64,000 nt of DNA from Sediminibacterium sp. (GTDB lineage Bacteria; Bacteroidota; Bacteroidia; Chitinophagales; Chitinophagaceae). Of this stretch, positions 10,401 through 19,128 are shown piece after piece. Location of the stretch: contig JAGOAO010000006.1 of the NCBI GenBank assembly GCA_017983845.1, positions 15,281-79,280 on the forward strand, read 5' to 3'. Under the pieces are notes generated by a model, which was not told where the DNA came from, searched no databases, and worked only from the letters and a program-made list of their open reading frames with translations. Made by a program: the position numbers and the translations under genes. How positions within the stretch are numbered: the stretch's first letter is position 1; every line of letters begins with the position of its first letter.

Positions 10401-13400
10401 GGTAATTATTGGGAAAATTCAGGATGTAAATACTGGTAATGCAGCCGATCTTGCATATGGTTTGAGAATAGGTTCAGGTGTGTTGAGAGCTGAAATTGGC
10501 GATGGTACTGGTGCGCAATCAGTAACAACTAATAATGTAGTTGCAAATAAATGGCAACATATTGCCATGGTTTTTAATGGTGCTACTATAAATGGTGTAA
10601 CAGGTTCCTTAACATTATATGTTGATGGTGTTAAACAGGGGAATACTTTAGCCACAGGATACAGCACACTAAAAAATGTTTCTACTTCATTGAAATTTGG
10701 AGCATACGGTCAATATTTTACACAATATTATACAGGCTTACTAGATAATGTTAAAATTTGGAATACTGTAAAATCCGATGCTGAAATTTTATCAGGGATG
10801 AATACCGAATTAAATGGTAATGAAACAGGTTTAGTTGCTTTTTATAATTTCAATTCAGGAACTGCAAATGGCACGAATACGTCAATTTCAACCATAGAAG
10901 ATAGATCAGCGAATGCATTTACAGGAACATTGACCAATTTTGCAAAAACAGGTTCGACATCAAATTTTGTTTTAGGTACCATTCCACCAATTACTGTTAC
11001 TGGAAATGCAACTATAGTTGTGAGAGGTAATACACTTCAACTTTCAAATGGATTAACTGGTGGTGTTTGGGCATCTTCAAATGCAAGTTTTGCAACAGTT
11101 GATGCTTCTACCGGACTTGTAAGTGGAGTTGCTGATGGCACTTTGAATATTACTTATACAATTTGTGATAAAACAGTTAGTTATGCGTTAACTGTAGTTA
11201 CCCCAATTATCACTACTAGCGGTACTTTAAAAACGTTCACATCTTGTTCAGGTTGTACTGTTGCACCACAAACTTTTACTGTTTCCGCAGTAAATTTAGG
11301 GGCTAATTTAGTGGTGGCACCTCCAACTGGATTTGAAGTTGCTACAACTTTAGGTGGTACATACAGTTCGACTTTATCTTTGGTGCCAAGTTCAGGTACA
11401 GTAGCTACAACTACAATTTATACTAGATTAATCAACAACGCTTCTTCTGCAGTTGGTGGTAATTTTAATATTACATCTACAGGGGCAACTACAAGAACTT
11501 TTGCTACGACAGTAAATACGGACAATGCATTGATGTTAGATCATGCTGGTTATGTGAATTTGGGAGATGTATTAGATAATACTAATTTAGCCAACACAAC
11601 AGAAGCATGGGTATATTGGAAAGGTTCTTCTGAAGCTTTCTCTGAAATCTTCACTAAAGATGTAATTCAAGCATTTGCAATTACTAGTAGTAATAAATTA
11701 CATACAAATTTCGGAGATGGATCAAATTGGATTTCTGGCTTAAATTCTACTACCTCAATTCCTTTAAATACATGGACACATGTTGCAGTGACTAGAAGTA
11801 GCACTGGAGTTGTTAAAATGTATATCAATGGTGTTTTAGATGCTTCTACTAATACAATGAACGTAACAGGTAATAATACCGCATTAAGAAGTATTGGTGG
11901 AAAGAATGTAAACGGAGGCATGTTCGGCTTATTTACAGGTGCAATTGATAATTTAAAAGTTTGGAATGTTGAAAAATCAGGTACAGAAATTGCCAATGGC
12001 TTGTACACTGAATTAGCAGGTAATGAAACTGATTTATTAGCTTATTATGATTTTAATCAAGGAATAGCAAGAGGAACGAATACAAGTATTTCTACTTTAA
12101 TAGATAAAGGGCCTTCGGCATTCAACGGTACAATAACTGCTGTTACTTTAACTGGAACATCATCCAACTTTGTTGATGGGTCAATTCCAAACATTACAGC
12201 AGCTGGTAATGCTTCAACAATTTTAGCTGGAGGAACATTAGCTTTATCTAATGGACTTACAGGAGGAGTATGGTCAAGCTCAGATAATAATATAGCAACA
12301 ATTAATGCTTCAACAGGTGTTGTGACAGGTGTTGGAGCGGGTAATGCAATTATAAGATATCAAATATGTAGTAAAGTTGTTGCATATGGAGTTACGGTCT
12401 TAGTTCCTTCACTTACCACTGGTACTTTAAAAACATTTACATCATGTTCTGGCTGTACGATTCCTGCTCAAACATTTACTGTTGCAGGAACGAACTTAGG
12501 ATCGAATGTGGTTGTGACTGCACCATCTGGTTTTGAAGTTTCAAATGCTTCTGCTGGTACGTATAGTGCTACTTTATCATTAACGCCTACATCTGGTACT
12601 TTGGCTACTACAAATGTATATGCAAGATTAATCAATAACGCGACTACTGCATCTAATGGAAACTTCACAGTTGCTTCTACTGGAGCTGCATCAAAAACAG
12701 TGACTGCTACTGTGAATACGGATAATGCATTGAACTTTGATGGAACAAATGATTACGTTATATTAAATTCTTCTTTAGCTTCTGCTTATAATAATAATTC
12801 AGTTACAATTGAAGCTTGGATTAAAACAACTGATTCAAAACTTATTAATGAAATTTTTGCATTGGGGAGTTCAACGGTGTATAACAATGTTGTTGAATTT
12901 AGGACATCAGGTGGCAAGTTGCAATTTATATTAAATGATGGTGTTAAATTTTATGGATTAGAAAGTACGGGTTTTGTTAATACGGGTAAATGGATGCATG
13001 TTGCTGTAGTTAAATCTGGTACAAATATTGTTTTATACGTCAATGGACAATTGGCAAGTGGCTCACCAGGTAATGGAAGTGATGCCTCTGCATCTCCTTC
13101 TTTAGATTTTGCACATATTGGAGTTTTAAAATATAGAACATCAAGTACTAATTTTGCATTTATAAATGGCTCAAATTTTTCAGGTGGTATAGATCAACTA
13201 AGAGTTTGGAATACTGCAAGAACTATTTCAGATATTGCGGCAAATATGTATGTAGAGATGGCCGGTAATGAAACCGGATTAGTTGCTAATTATGATTTTA
13301 ATCAAGGAGTAGCTAATGGATCAAATACTTCAATTTCTACGGTAAATGGTAGAACAACAACACCTTATAACGGTACTTTAACGAATTTCGCATTAACAGG

Positions 13401-16400
13401 TACTAATTCTAATTTTGTAACCGGATTTATTACTGATATTGTTGGTGCATCTATTTTAAATAAAGGTTTAACAACTACATATACGGATGGATTAACAGGT
13501 GGTGCTTGGTCTTCAAGTAATACCAATATTGCGACGGTGAATTCAACTACAGGAGTTGTAACAGGTGTGAATCCTGGAACAAGTACTATTACTTATACTA
13601 TTTGTGAAAAAACAGTTTCTAAATTGGTGACTATTGTAGTTCCTACTATCACAAAATCAGGAACTTTAACTGCATTTAATACCTGTTTAGGTACAGCCTC
13701 TGCTGCACAAACATTTACGGTGAGTGCACAATATCTAACTGCGAATTTAGTATTGACTGCGCCAACTGGATATGAATTATCTACAGATGGTGCTACTTAT
13801 ACATCTACTTTAAGTATAGCTCCTGTATCTGGAACAGTGAGCGCTAGATCAATCTATATTAGATTGTCAACAGCTTCTGTAAATGGTCAATCTGGTAATA
13901 TATCTATAACATCTACCGATGCAACAACTCAAAATATGGCAACTGGGAATGCCACAGTAACTAGAACTGTTGCAGCTTCTGTGACCATTAGCTCAAATGC
14001 GACAAATAATAGTATTTGTGCAGGCACAAATGTGGTATTTACCGCAACACCAACTAACGGAGGTAATGCGCCAACCTATCAATGGAAATTAAATGGCAAT
14101 AGTATTACAGGTGCAAATAGCGCAACTTATTCTACTACTGCTTTAACCAATAATGATGTAGTGACCGTATTAATGGGGTCTAGTTTAACATCATGTTTAA
14201 CAGGTTCCCCAGCTACTTCAAATTCGATTACAACAACTGTGACAAGTATTCCTGTAACACCAGGAAATATAACTGGTCAGTCTGTGATTTGTATGAATTC
14301 AAATCAAGTGTATAGTGTTGTTGCTGTTCCTGGAGCTACGTCTTATACATGGGTAGTTACTGGGGACTTAACGGCAACCACATCTACAACCAATGTTTTA
14401 AATTTAACGTCAGCAAATAATGCTGGTTCAGGTACTATAAAAGTGTTGGCAAATAATGCTTGTGGAAGTTCTGTATATAGTAATGTATTCAGTGTAACAG
14501 TAAGCAATCAACCTGCTCCAACTGCAAATTTCTCAGTATCTGGAAATACAGTTTGTTTAACAAATGCTGGTGTAACTTTTACTAGTACTAGTACGCCAAA
14601 CGCTTCAACGAATTCCGCTATTGCAACTTATGCATGGACATTCGGGGATGGCACTACAGCAACTACTGCAACAACAAGTAATACTTATACAAGCTCTGGT
14701 ATTTTTGATGCAATTTTAACTATCGAAGATGCGAATCAATGTACTTCATCCATATCTAGAAGAATCACAGTTGATCCTATTAGTGTTGCTGGTACTGCAA
14801 CAGTTGCAAACGCAACAATTTGTGAAGGTGCTAATACAAACTTAAATTTAACAGGTTATACAGGTGCTATCCAATGGCAAAGCTCAACTGATGGTATTAA
14901 CTTTACAAATATCACTGGAGCAACTTCTGCTACGTACACAACTGCTAATTTAACAGCAACTACTTATTATCAAGCATTGGTAACAAGCGGTACTTGTAGC
15001 GCCGTTACAAGTGGTGTAGTCACTGTGACAGTAAGTCCAATCCCAGCTGTTACTTTATCATCTGTTGCTAATGTATATACTAATGCCACAAGCTTTGACT
15101 TAATTTATAATAATGCAGTTGGTACACCTGACGAATATAGTATCAATGCTGTTGGACCAAATGCTTTACCTAATTTTAATTCAATCACTAATTTTGGTTT
15201 AATAGGAAGTCCTATCACAGTTGCAATTCCTGCTTCAACAATTGGAACTTATAATTTTAATTTACTTGTAAAAAATGGTTCAATTGGTTGTGTGTCAAAT
15301 ACCATTCCATTTACAATAACAATAGCACCTCAACCACCAGCTGGATTGTCTTACACTACACCAAATGTGTATCTTACTGGTACAAGCATTACGCCACTTA
15401 ATCCAACAAGTACAGGTGGTGTTATTAGCCAATATAGTATTGGGCCAAGTTTGCCAGCTGGATTAACTATTAATCCTACAACTGGTGTCATTTCAGGTAC
15501 ACCATCTGCAGTGTCTACTCAAACTAGCTATACTGTAACAGGTACAAATGCGTCTGGTACTGTTACTGCTACTGTGGTGATTACAGTGAATTCTAGTGTG
15601 GTGCCTCAGCCTCAAGGATCTATAGAAGCTGTGGATTATGGTTTATTGGCTGCTGATACGGTGAAACTTAAATTAACTACTTCTAATGGTACAGCACCAT
15701 TTACTTTGATTTTAAGTAATTCTGCTAATACAATAAAAGATACAATTTCTAACTTAACGCCTGTTAATAATGAAATAGAGTTTTTACAAAAACGATTAGA
15801 TACAACCAAAGTATTTACAATTTATAAATTGATTGATGCGAATAATAATACAAGAACAACTGGTTTTACTAAAGACACTACTATTGTTAGATTATTAAAA
15901 CCTCAAATTCTTTTGACATTAAAAGCAGATCCTGCAGTAAGACAGGATGACAATAGCTTTAAGATTAGATTGTTGATGAAAATTAAAAATGCGGGTCAGT
16001 TGAATTTACGTAATGTTCAAGTGAATGCCAATTTAAGTACAGTGTTCCCATCCAATATTACCTATGTTTTAGATAGCGTTAGGGTTTTAAGTGGGGGGCT
16101 TGTTTTGAATCCTAATTATTCAGGAGCTGGTTCTGCGACATCTGCTTCAAGTGCAGAATGGATTTCTAGTGCAAGTTCAAATAGCACAAATCAATCATAT
16201 TCAGTGTTAGATGGCAACTATTTATTTAATTCAGGAGTTAGTTTGAATCAAGCTGAAGAAGGTGAGGTAGCTTACTATGTTTCAATTGGTGCAACAGCAC
16301 AAAATGTGGTACTTAAATTACAATTCGAAACTGCAGGAGATGGGGTATTAGTGAAAAATGATGGCTCTACAAGTGAGCAAGCAACTACATCAATTTCTGA

Positions 16401-18195
16401 TGATGGTTCGAATTTGGCGCAACACCCAGATATCACCAATCAGGGTTTACCAATGCCTACTTATGTTCCATTATTCCCTAATGAAAGTATTGGGGCAAGT
16501 TTAAATGTGGGTTCAGCAACGCCAGTAACTGGAGGATTTCAGTATCATTTTACTGCCAAGATTAAAAACTATGGTAATGTAAATTTAGATAGTATAAGAA
16601 TTGAATATAATTTCAATGAACTTTATCCGGCGCCAGACCAAGCAAGTTTGGTAGGCACCCCAACTATTACACGTGGTAATATTGTCTATAATACAAATAG
16701 TTATGATGGCTACAATGACGTATACCTATTTAAATATGGCGGTGATCTACAAGTTGGAGACAGTGCAACTTATGAATATGACTTAAAAGTAACCACTGCA
16801 AAAGCGGCTTATACATGGCCAAACTATTTTGTTGCTTATGGTAGATCAGTGAATAGTGGGGTATTTGTAAATGACACTTCTATGGCAGGCATTGATCCAG
16901 ATCCAAATAATGACAATGACCCTATTGAGAAATTCCTTACAGGAGTGACGATCAATTATGAAAGACCAGCACCTCCAACGGTAGACAATAAAACCTATAA
17001 TTATGGAGATACCAAGCCAGCTAATATAGGTGGATTGGTAAGGTCAACGCCTACAGGAACAATACCAGTTTGGTGCGATACTAAAACTGCAGCTTGTAGT
17101 GTAACACCTCCACCAACACCAACAGAGATTGGTAAATACATCTATGCTTTAAGATCATACGATACAACTACTTTATTATATAGTGAAGTTTTAGTGTATG
17201 ATACAGTCATAATAAGACCACCGGTTCCAGTTGTGGTGAATAAGAAATATATTATTGGCGCGAGCGCTAATCCAAATAATGTTTCTGGTCAAGTAACTGG
17301 TATGACAGGCAGTACCCTTAAATACTTTAAGAATGCAGGAGTACTAAATGCAATTCCAACATTAGGAGTTGTGCCAGGTGTAACAAGATATACAACTAGT
17401 CAGACAGTAAATGCCATTGAAAGTGATACGGTTGGCTTTACGGTAACCATGTTGGACCCTAAGACGATGTTGCATTTGCAAAAAATTGCAGAAGAACCTA
17501 GGTTGCAAACGAATTCAACTTTCAATATTACTTACACTTTCTTAGTGAATAATAGAACGGATGAGCCAATGAGTAATGTTTTGGTAGTGGATAATTTGCA
17601 AAACACTTTTCCTCAGCCAACCGCATTTACAAAAGTAAGTTTGTCTAGTACAGGAGGTTTAGTAACAAATAACGGATTTAATGGAATGAGTGATATCAAT
17701 CTGTTAAGTGGTACGAGTTCACTTGCAGCATTTGCAATGGATACAATTCGTTTAACTATTAATTTACAACCTAAAGGTTATACAGGTACTGTAAATAATC
17801 TAGCTGTAATTACTGCAACTACGCCTTACGGGGTGATTAATATGAATTCTTCATCGCAATCATTTGCAAATGAAACTTCTAAGACGCCTACATCTTCAGT
17901 GATTCCAGATTTAACAATCGATATTCCTGAAGCTTTCTCTCCAAACCGAGATGGCGTGAATGATCGTTTTGTAATTTTAAAACCATTTGGAACTACTATA
18001 GAATTAGAAGTATTCAATCGTTGGGGTAATGTGGTGTATGCAAATGGAAACTATAATAACGAATGGGACGGAAGAGGTACTAATAATTTTATCGGACAAG
18101 ATTTAATGGATGGTGGTTATTACTATACATTAAAAGCAAAGTCTGTAAATGGCAATATTCAAATTTTTAAAGGATTCGTATTAATTCAGAGATAA
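7426..18195 (+). CDS. giant T9SS type-B substrate / adhesin (~3,590 aa): Calx-beta-like, RCC1-like propeller, invasin-type Ig, 3x LamG, Big_2, PKD, putative-Ig and gliding-motility-associated C-terminal domains
   Basis: Uninterrupted ORF from 7384. ATG 7426 is preferred because it lies downstream of a TATATTCG -7 box and gives a signal peptide ending SQG/Q. The C-terminus IPEAFSPNRDGVNDRF...VFNRWG...WDG...GGYYY is a type-B CTD. LamG motifs (TIEAWV, WQHIA/WTHVA/WMHVA, LYVDG), Big_2 (GVWASSN..ATVD..TGLV), PKD (YAWTFGDG) and He_PIG-type Ig (LPAGLTINPTTGVISGTP) are visible. Confidence 0.85.
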   Translation: MLNLNFFKKLNDQISLSKKTIVFALLLVFSFTSFNSQGQVSLTFSNGYLGTQNSAVQSTSNIKNFASLGIARVSFGQSYSGTFGGTQGNDLAGVIKFYLTSGRVISLNGALNWRETTGNTVEVFGLIIDAGQNATITYGSNQTYNIVGGSTGGSSTSIGLRSYTSSLAFTDGESRNGNAATSGIIANFNTELANTPQPSSISLTNSSVIEGQNLVYTVTLSTATTANRPQVYTFNTSGIAIKGTDYNGTYTFSNGVVDNGDGTITVPGSISSFTITVNTTDDLIVENIENLYVYVGSKVGLGSIADNDNSSIANCDPNSLYDNIVSGYHQSIAKKSDGTFAVWGGLMASNGSSYKLTPTTINSINYPGLVGTPLKTALAGAASSSNSQAILLTTDGLYAWGSESNVLDDALTSSDAFAKIITPTGGDASTKLPTGVTPGSVKMMVAFYKTLVLVTNAGNVWVLTQVNGELRGVGSNAGASTTWNKVKINSNTDLSNVISVRGMVDDANYNALMALTADGKAYVWGKTVYLADGNGVVTKNYATQMVLPTEFNETNLPKMIAVTGGNKTSSLTCNNTFYILSNGGSLYAVGDNQKKQIGDFTTTERKIWTRVKINSTTDFTNINYISAMESDPSDPAVVAITKAGVLYTWGFNPRNMIGRPTANIAYDPGVPAGFLQGTDKAIFAEMGGHTLVYIKEGSTQFCYVGHRVDGSMGDGTNTDADEVAFNCSGTPSLAVCGSVPVAASTTTSTITANPTSIAANGITTSIITVQLKQTNGTNLTSTGGTVVITTNKGTISNVTDNNDGTYTAILTSSTFVEAATLNYTLNGVNGTNNASVNFTAATNPVLTATGTLKTFTSCSGCTVAPQSFTVSGVDLSTNNIVVTAPTGFQVSTNVNSGFATSINIAPTSGTVTTTTVYTKLTNNATTVASGVITVASTGAASKTVTVTTNTDNALSFDGTNDFVNIPDNDALDLLNAFTIEAWVNPSSTSGSQVIIGKIQDVNTGNAADLAYGLRIGSGVLRAEIGDGTGAQSVTTNNVVANKWQHIAMVFNGATINGVTGSLTLYVDGVKQGNTLATGYSTLKNVSTSLKFGAYGQYFTQYYTGLLDNVKIWNTVKSDAEILSGMNTELNGNETGLVAFYNFNSGTANGTNTSISTIEDRSANAFTGTLTNFAKTGSTSNFVLGTIPPITVTGNATIVVRGNTLQLSNGLTGGVWASSNASFATVDASTGLVSGVADGTLNITYTICDKTVSYALTVVTPIITTSGTLKTFTSCSGCTVAPQTFTVSAVNLGANLVVAPPTGFEVATTLGGTYSSTLSLVPSSGTVATTTIYTRLINNASSAVGGNFNITSTGATTRTFATTVNTDNALMLDHAGYVNLGDVLDNTNLANTTEAWVYWKGSSEAFSEIFTKDVIQAFAITSSNKLHTNFGDGSNWISGLNSTTSIPLNTWTHVAVTRSSTGVVKMYINGVLDASTNTMNVTGNNTALRSIGGKNVNGGMFGLFTGAIDNLKVWNVEKSGTEIANGLYTELAGNETDLLAYYDFNQGIARGTNTSISTLIDKGPSAFNGTITAVTLTGTSSNFVDGSIPNITAAGNASTILAGGTLALSNGLTGGVWSSSDNNIATINASTGVVTGVGAGNAIIRYQICSKVVAYGVTVLVPSLTTGTLKTFTSCSGCTIPAQTFTVAGTNLGSNVVVTAPSGFEVSNASAGTYSATLSLTPTSGTLATTNVYARLINNATTASNGNFTVASTGAASKTVTATVNTDNALNFDGTNDYVILNSSLASAYNNNSVTIEAWIKTTDSKLINEIFALGSSTVYNNVVEFRTSGGKLQFILNDGVKFYGLESTGFVNTGKWMHVAVVKSGTNIVLYVNGQLASGSPGNGSDASASPSLDFAHIGVLKYRTSSTNFAFINGSNFSGGIDQLRVWNTARTISDIAANMYVEMAGNETGLVANYDFNQGVANGSNTSISTVNGRTTTPYNGTLTNFALTGTNSNFVTGFITDIVGASILNKGLTTTYTDGLTGGAWSSSNTNIATVNSTTGVVTGVNPGTSTITYTICEKTVSKLVTIVVPTITKSGTLTAFNTCLGTASAAQTFTVSAQYLTANLVLTAPTGYELSTDGATYTSTLSIAPVSGTVSARSIYIRLSTASVNGQSGNISITSTDATTQNMATGNATVTRTVAASVTISSNATNNSICAGTNVVFTATPTNGGNAPTYQWKLNGNSITGANSATYSTTALTNNDVVTVLMGSSLTSCLTGSPATSNSITTTVTSIPVTPGNITGQSVICMNSNQVYSVVAVPGATSYTWVVTGDLTATTSTTNVLNLTSANNAGSGTIKVLANNACGSSVYSNVFSVTVSNQPAPTANFSVSGNTVCLTNAGVTFTSTSTPNASTNSAIATYAWTFGDGTTATTATTSNTYTSSGIFDAILTIEDANQCTSSISRRITVDPISVAGTATVANATICEGANTNLNLTGYTGAIQWQSSTDGINFTNITGATSATYTTANLTATTYYQALVTSGTCSAVTSGVVTVTVSPIPAVTLSSVANVYTNATSFDLIYNNAVGTPDEYSINAVGPNALPNFNSITNFGLIGSPITVAIPASTIGTYNFNLLVKNGSIGCVSNTIPFTITIAPQPPAGLSYTTPNVYLTGTSITPLNPTSTGGVISQYSIGPSLPAGLTINPTTGVISGTPSAVSTQTSYTVTGTNASGTVTATVVITVNSSVVPQPQGSIEAVDYGLLAADTVKLKLTTSNGTAPFTLILSNSANTIKDTISNLTPVNNEIEFLQKRLDTTKVFTIYKLIDANNNTRTTGFTKDTTIVRLLKPQILLTLKADPAVRQDDNSFKIRLLMKIKNAGQLNLRNVQVNANLSTVFPSNITYVLDSVRVLSGGLVLNPNYSGAGSATSASSAEWISSASSNSTNQSYSVLDGNYLFNSGVSLNQAEEGEVAYYVSIGATAQNVVLKLQFETAGDGVLVKNDGSTSEQATTSISDDGSNLAQHPDITNQGLPMPTYVPLFPNESIGASLNVGSATPVTGGFQYHFTAKIKNYGNVNLDSIRIEYNFNELYPAPDQASLVGTPTITRGNIVYNTNSYDGYNDVYLFKYGGDLQVGDSATYEYDLKVTTAKAAYTWPNYFVAYGRSVNSGVFVNDTSMAGIDPDPNNDNDPIEKFLTGVTINYERPAPPTVDNKTYNYGDTKPANIGGLVRSTPTGTIPVWCDTKTAACSVTPPPTPTEIGKYIYALRSYDTTTLLYSEVLVYDTVIIRPPVPVVVNKKYIIGASANPNNVSGQVTGMTGSTLKYFKNAGVLNAIPTLGVVPGVTRYTTSQTVNAIESDTVGFTVTMLDPKTMLHLQKIAEEPRLQTNSTFNITYTFLVNNRTDEPMSNVLVVDNLQNTFPQPTAFTKVSLSSTGGLVTNNGFNGMSDINLLSGTSSLAAFAMDTIRLTINLQPKGYTGTVNNLAVITATTPYGVINMNSSSQSFANETSKTPTSSVIPDLTIDIPEAFSPNRDGVNDRFVILKPFGTTIELEVFNRWGNVVYANGNYNNEWDGRGTNNFIGQDLMDGGYYYTLKAKSVNGNIQIFKGFVLIQR
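9973..13990 (+). repeat. intragenic tandem repeat: three ~1.2 kb units plus a partial fourth
   Basis: Units start at 9973, 11221, 12421 and 13660 with GTL(K)TF(TSCSGC); periods are 416, 400 and 413 codons. The end of the partial fourth unit is approximate. Confidence 0.85.
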
Positions 18196-18196
18196 A

Positions 18197-19126
18197 ATGA
18201 GAAAAAACAGTATACTATTATTTTGTGTACTTGGACTAATGTTATCATTAGAGTCAAGAGGACAATCACTGCCTATGTACTCACAGTACATGTACAATAT
18301 GGTGAACATTAACCCTGCTTATGCAGGTAGTAGAGGCGTACCAAGTTTATCTGCTATTTGGAGAGAGCAATGGGTAGGTTTACCTGGCTCTCCATCTACA
18401 AAATCATTTTCTTATGATATGCCTACAGAAAACAAGAAGATGGGATTAGGCGTTCAGTTATTTGATGATAAGTATGTAAACTATATCAAAAGAACTGGAT
18501 TGAACTTGTACTACAATATCAAAATACCTGTATCAGAGAATGGCGTATTGAGTATGGGTTTAAAAGCCGGTGTATATAATGATACAAAGAATTTAAATAG
18601 TGCTTATTTGGGTGCAAGTAGCAAGTATTTAACTGACGTTGCATATGCAAGTAATTTCAATCGTATTGTGCCATTAGCAGGTGCCGGAATCTATTATAAC
18701 GATGACAAGTTTTATGCAGGTTTCTCTGCTCCAGATGTATTGGTTTTTTCTAAAATAAAAGATTATAATTCTGACAACGCATTGTTTCAAGTAAACGAGA
18801 TCCATTATTTTTTAACAGCTGGTTATTCAATCGACGTAAATGAAGATCTTCAGATTAAACCATCTGTTTTAATGAAAGCGACAAGTGGTGCACCTGTTGA
18901 ATTTGATTTGAATACCAATGTATGGTTACATAATATCATAGGGGCAGGTGTATCTTATAGAACTAGTGAATCTGTATTAGCAATGGTTGAAACACAAGTG
19001 ACGCCGCAGTTAAGATTTGGATACGCGTATGATATGCCTTTTAAAAGACCTAATTCACATGAGTTATTTCTACGTTATGAGTTAGGACGTTTATTTCCGA
19101 AATCAAAATCTTATAAGACTAATTAA
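18197..19126 (+). CDS. PorP/SprF-family type IX secretion system membrane protein
   Basis: QSLPMYSQYMYNMVNINPAYAG start, WREQWVG, QLRFGYAYD and HELFLRYE; lies immediately after a type-B CTD gene. Confidence 0.9.
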   Translation: MRKNSILLFCVLGLMLSLESRGQSLPMYSQYMYNMVNINPAYAGSRGVPSLSAIWREQWVGLPGSPSTKSFSYDMPTENKKMGLGVQLFDDKYVNYIKRTGLNLYYNIKIPVSENGVLSMGLKAGVYNDTKNLNSAYLGASSKYLTDVAYASNFNRIVPLAGAGIYYNDDKFYAGFSAPDVLVFSKIKDYNSDNALFQVNEIHYFLTAGYSIDVNEDLQIKPSVLMKATSGAPVEFDLNTNVWLHNIIGAGVSYRTSESVLAMVETQVTPQLRFGYAYDMPFKRPNSHELFLRYELGRLFPKSKSYKTN

Positions 19127-19128
19127 TT

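Noticed and set aside
9531-18017. Antisense ORFs inside the giant adhesin
   Set aside because: Expected from T-ending codon bias of the Thr/Ser/Gly/Asn-rich sense frame; the same applies to antisense ORFs within dnaK, sdhA, ABC-F, parE and others.
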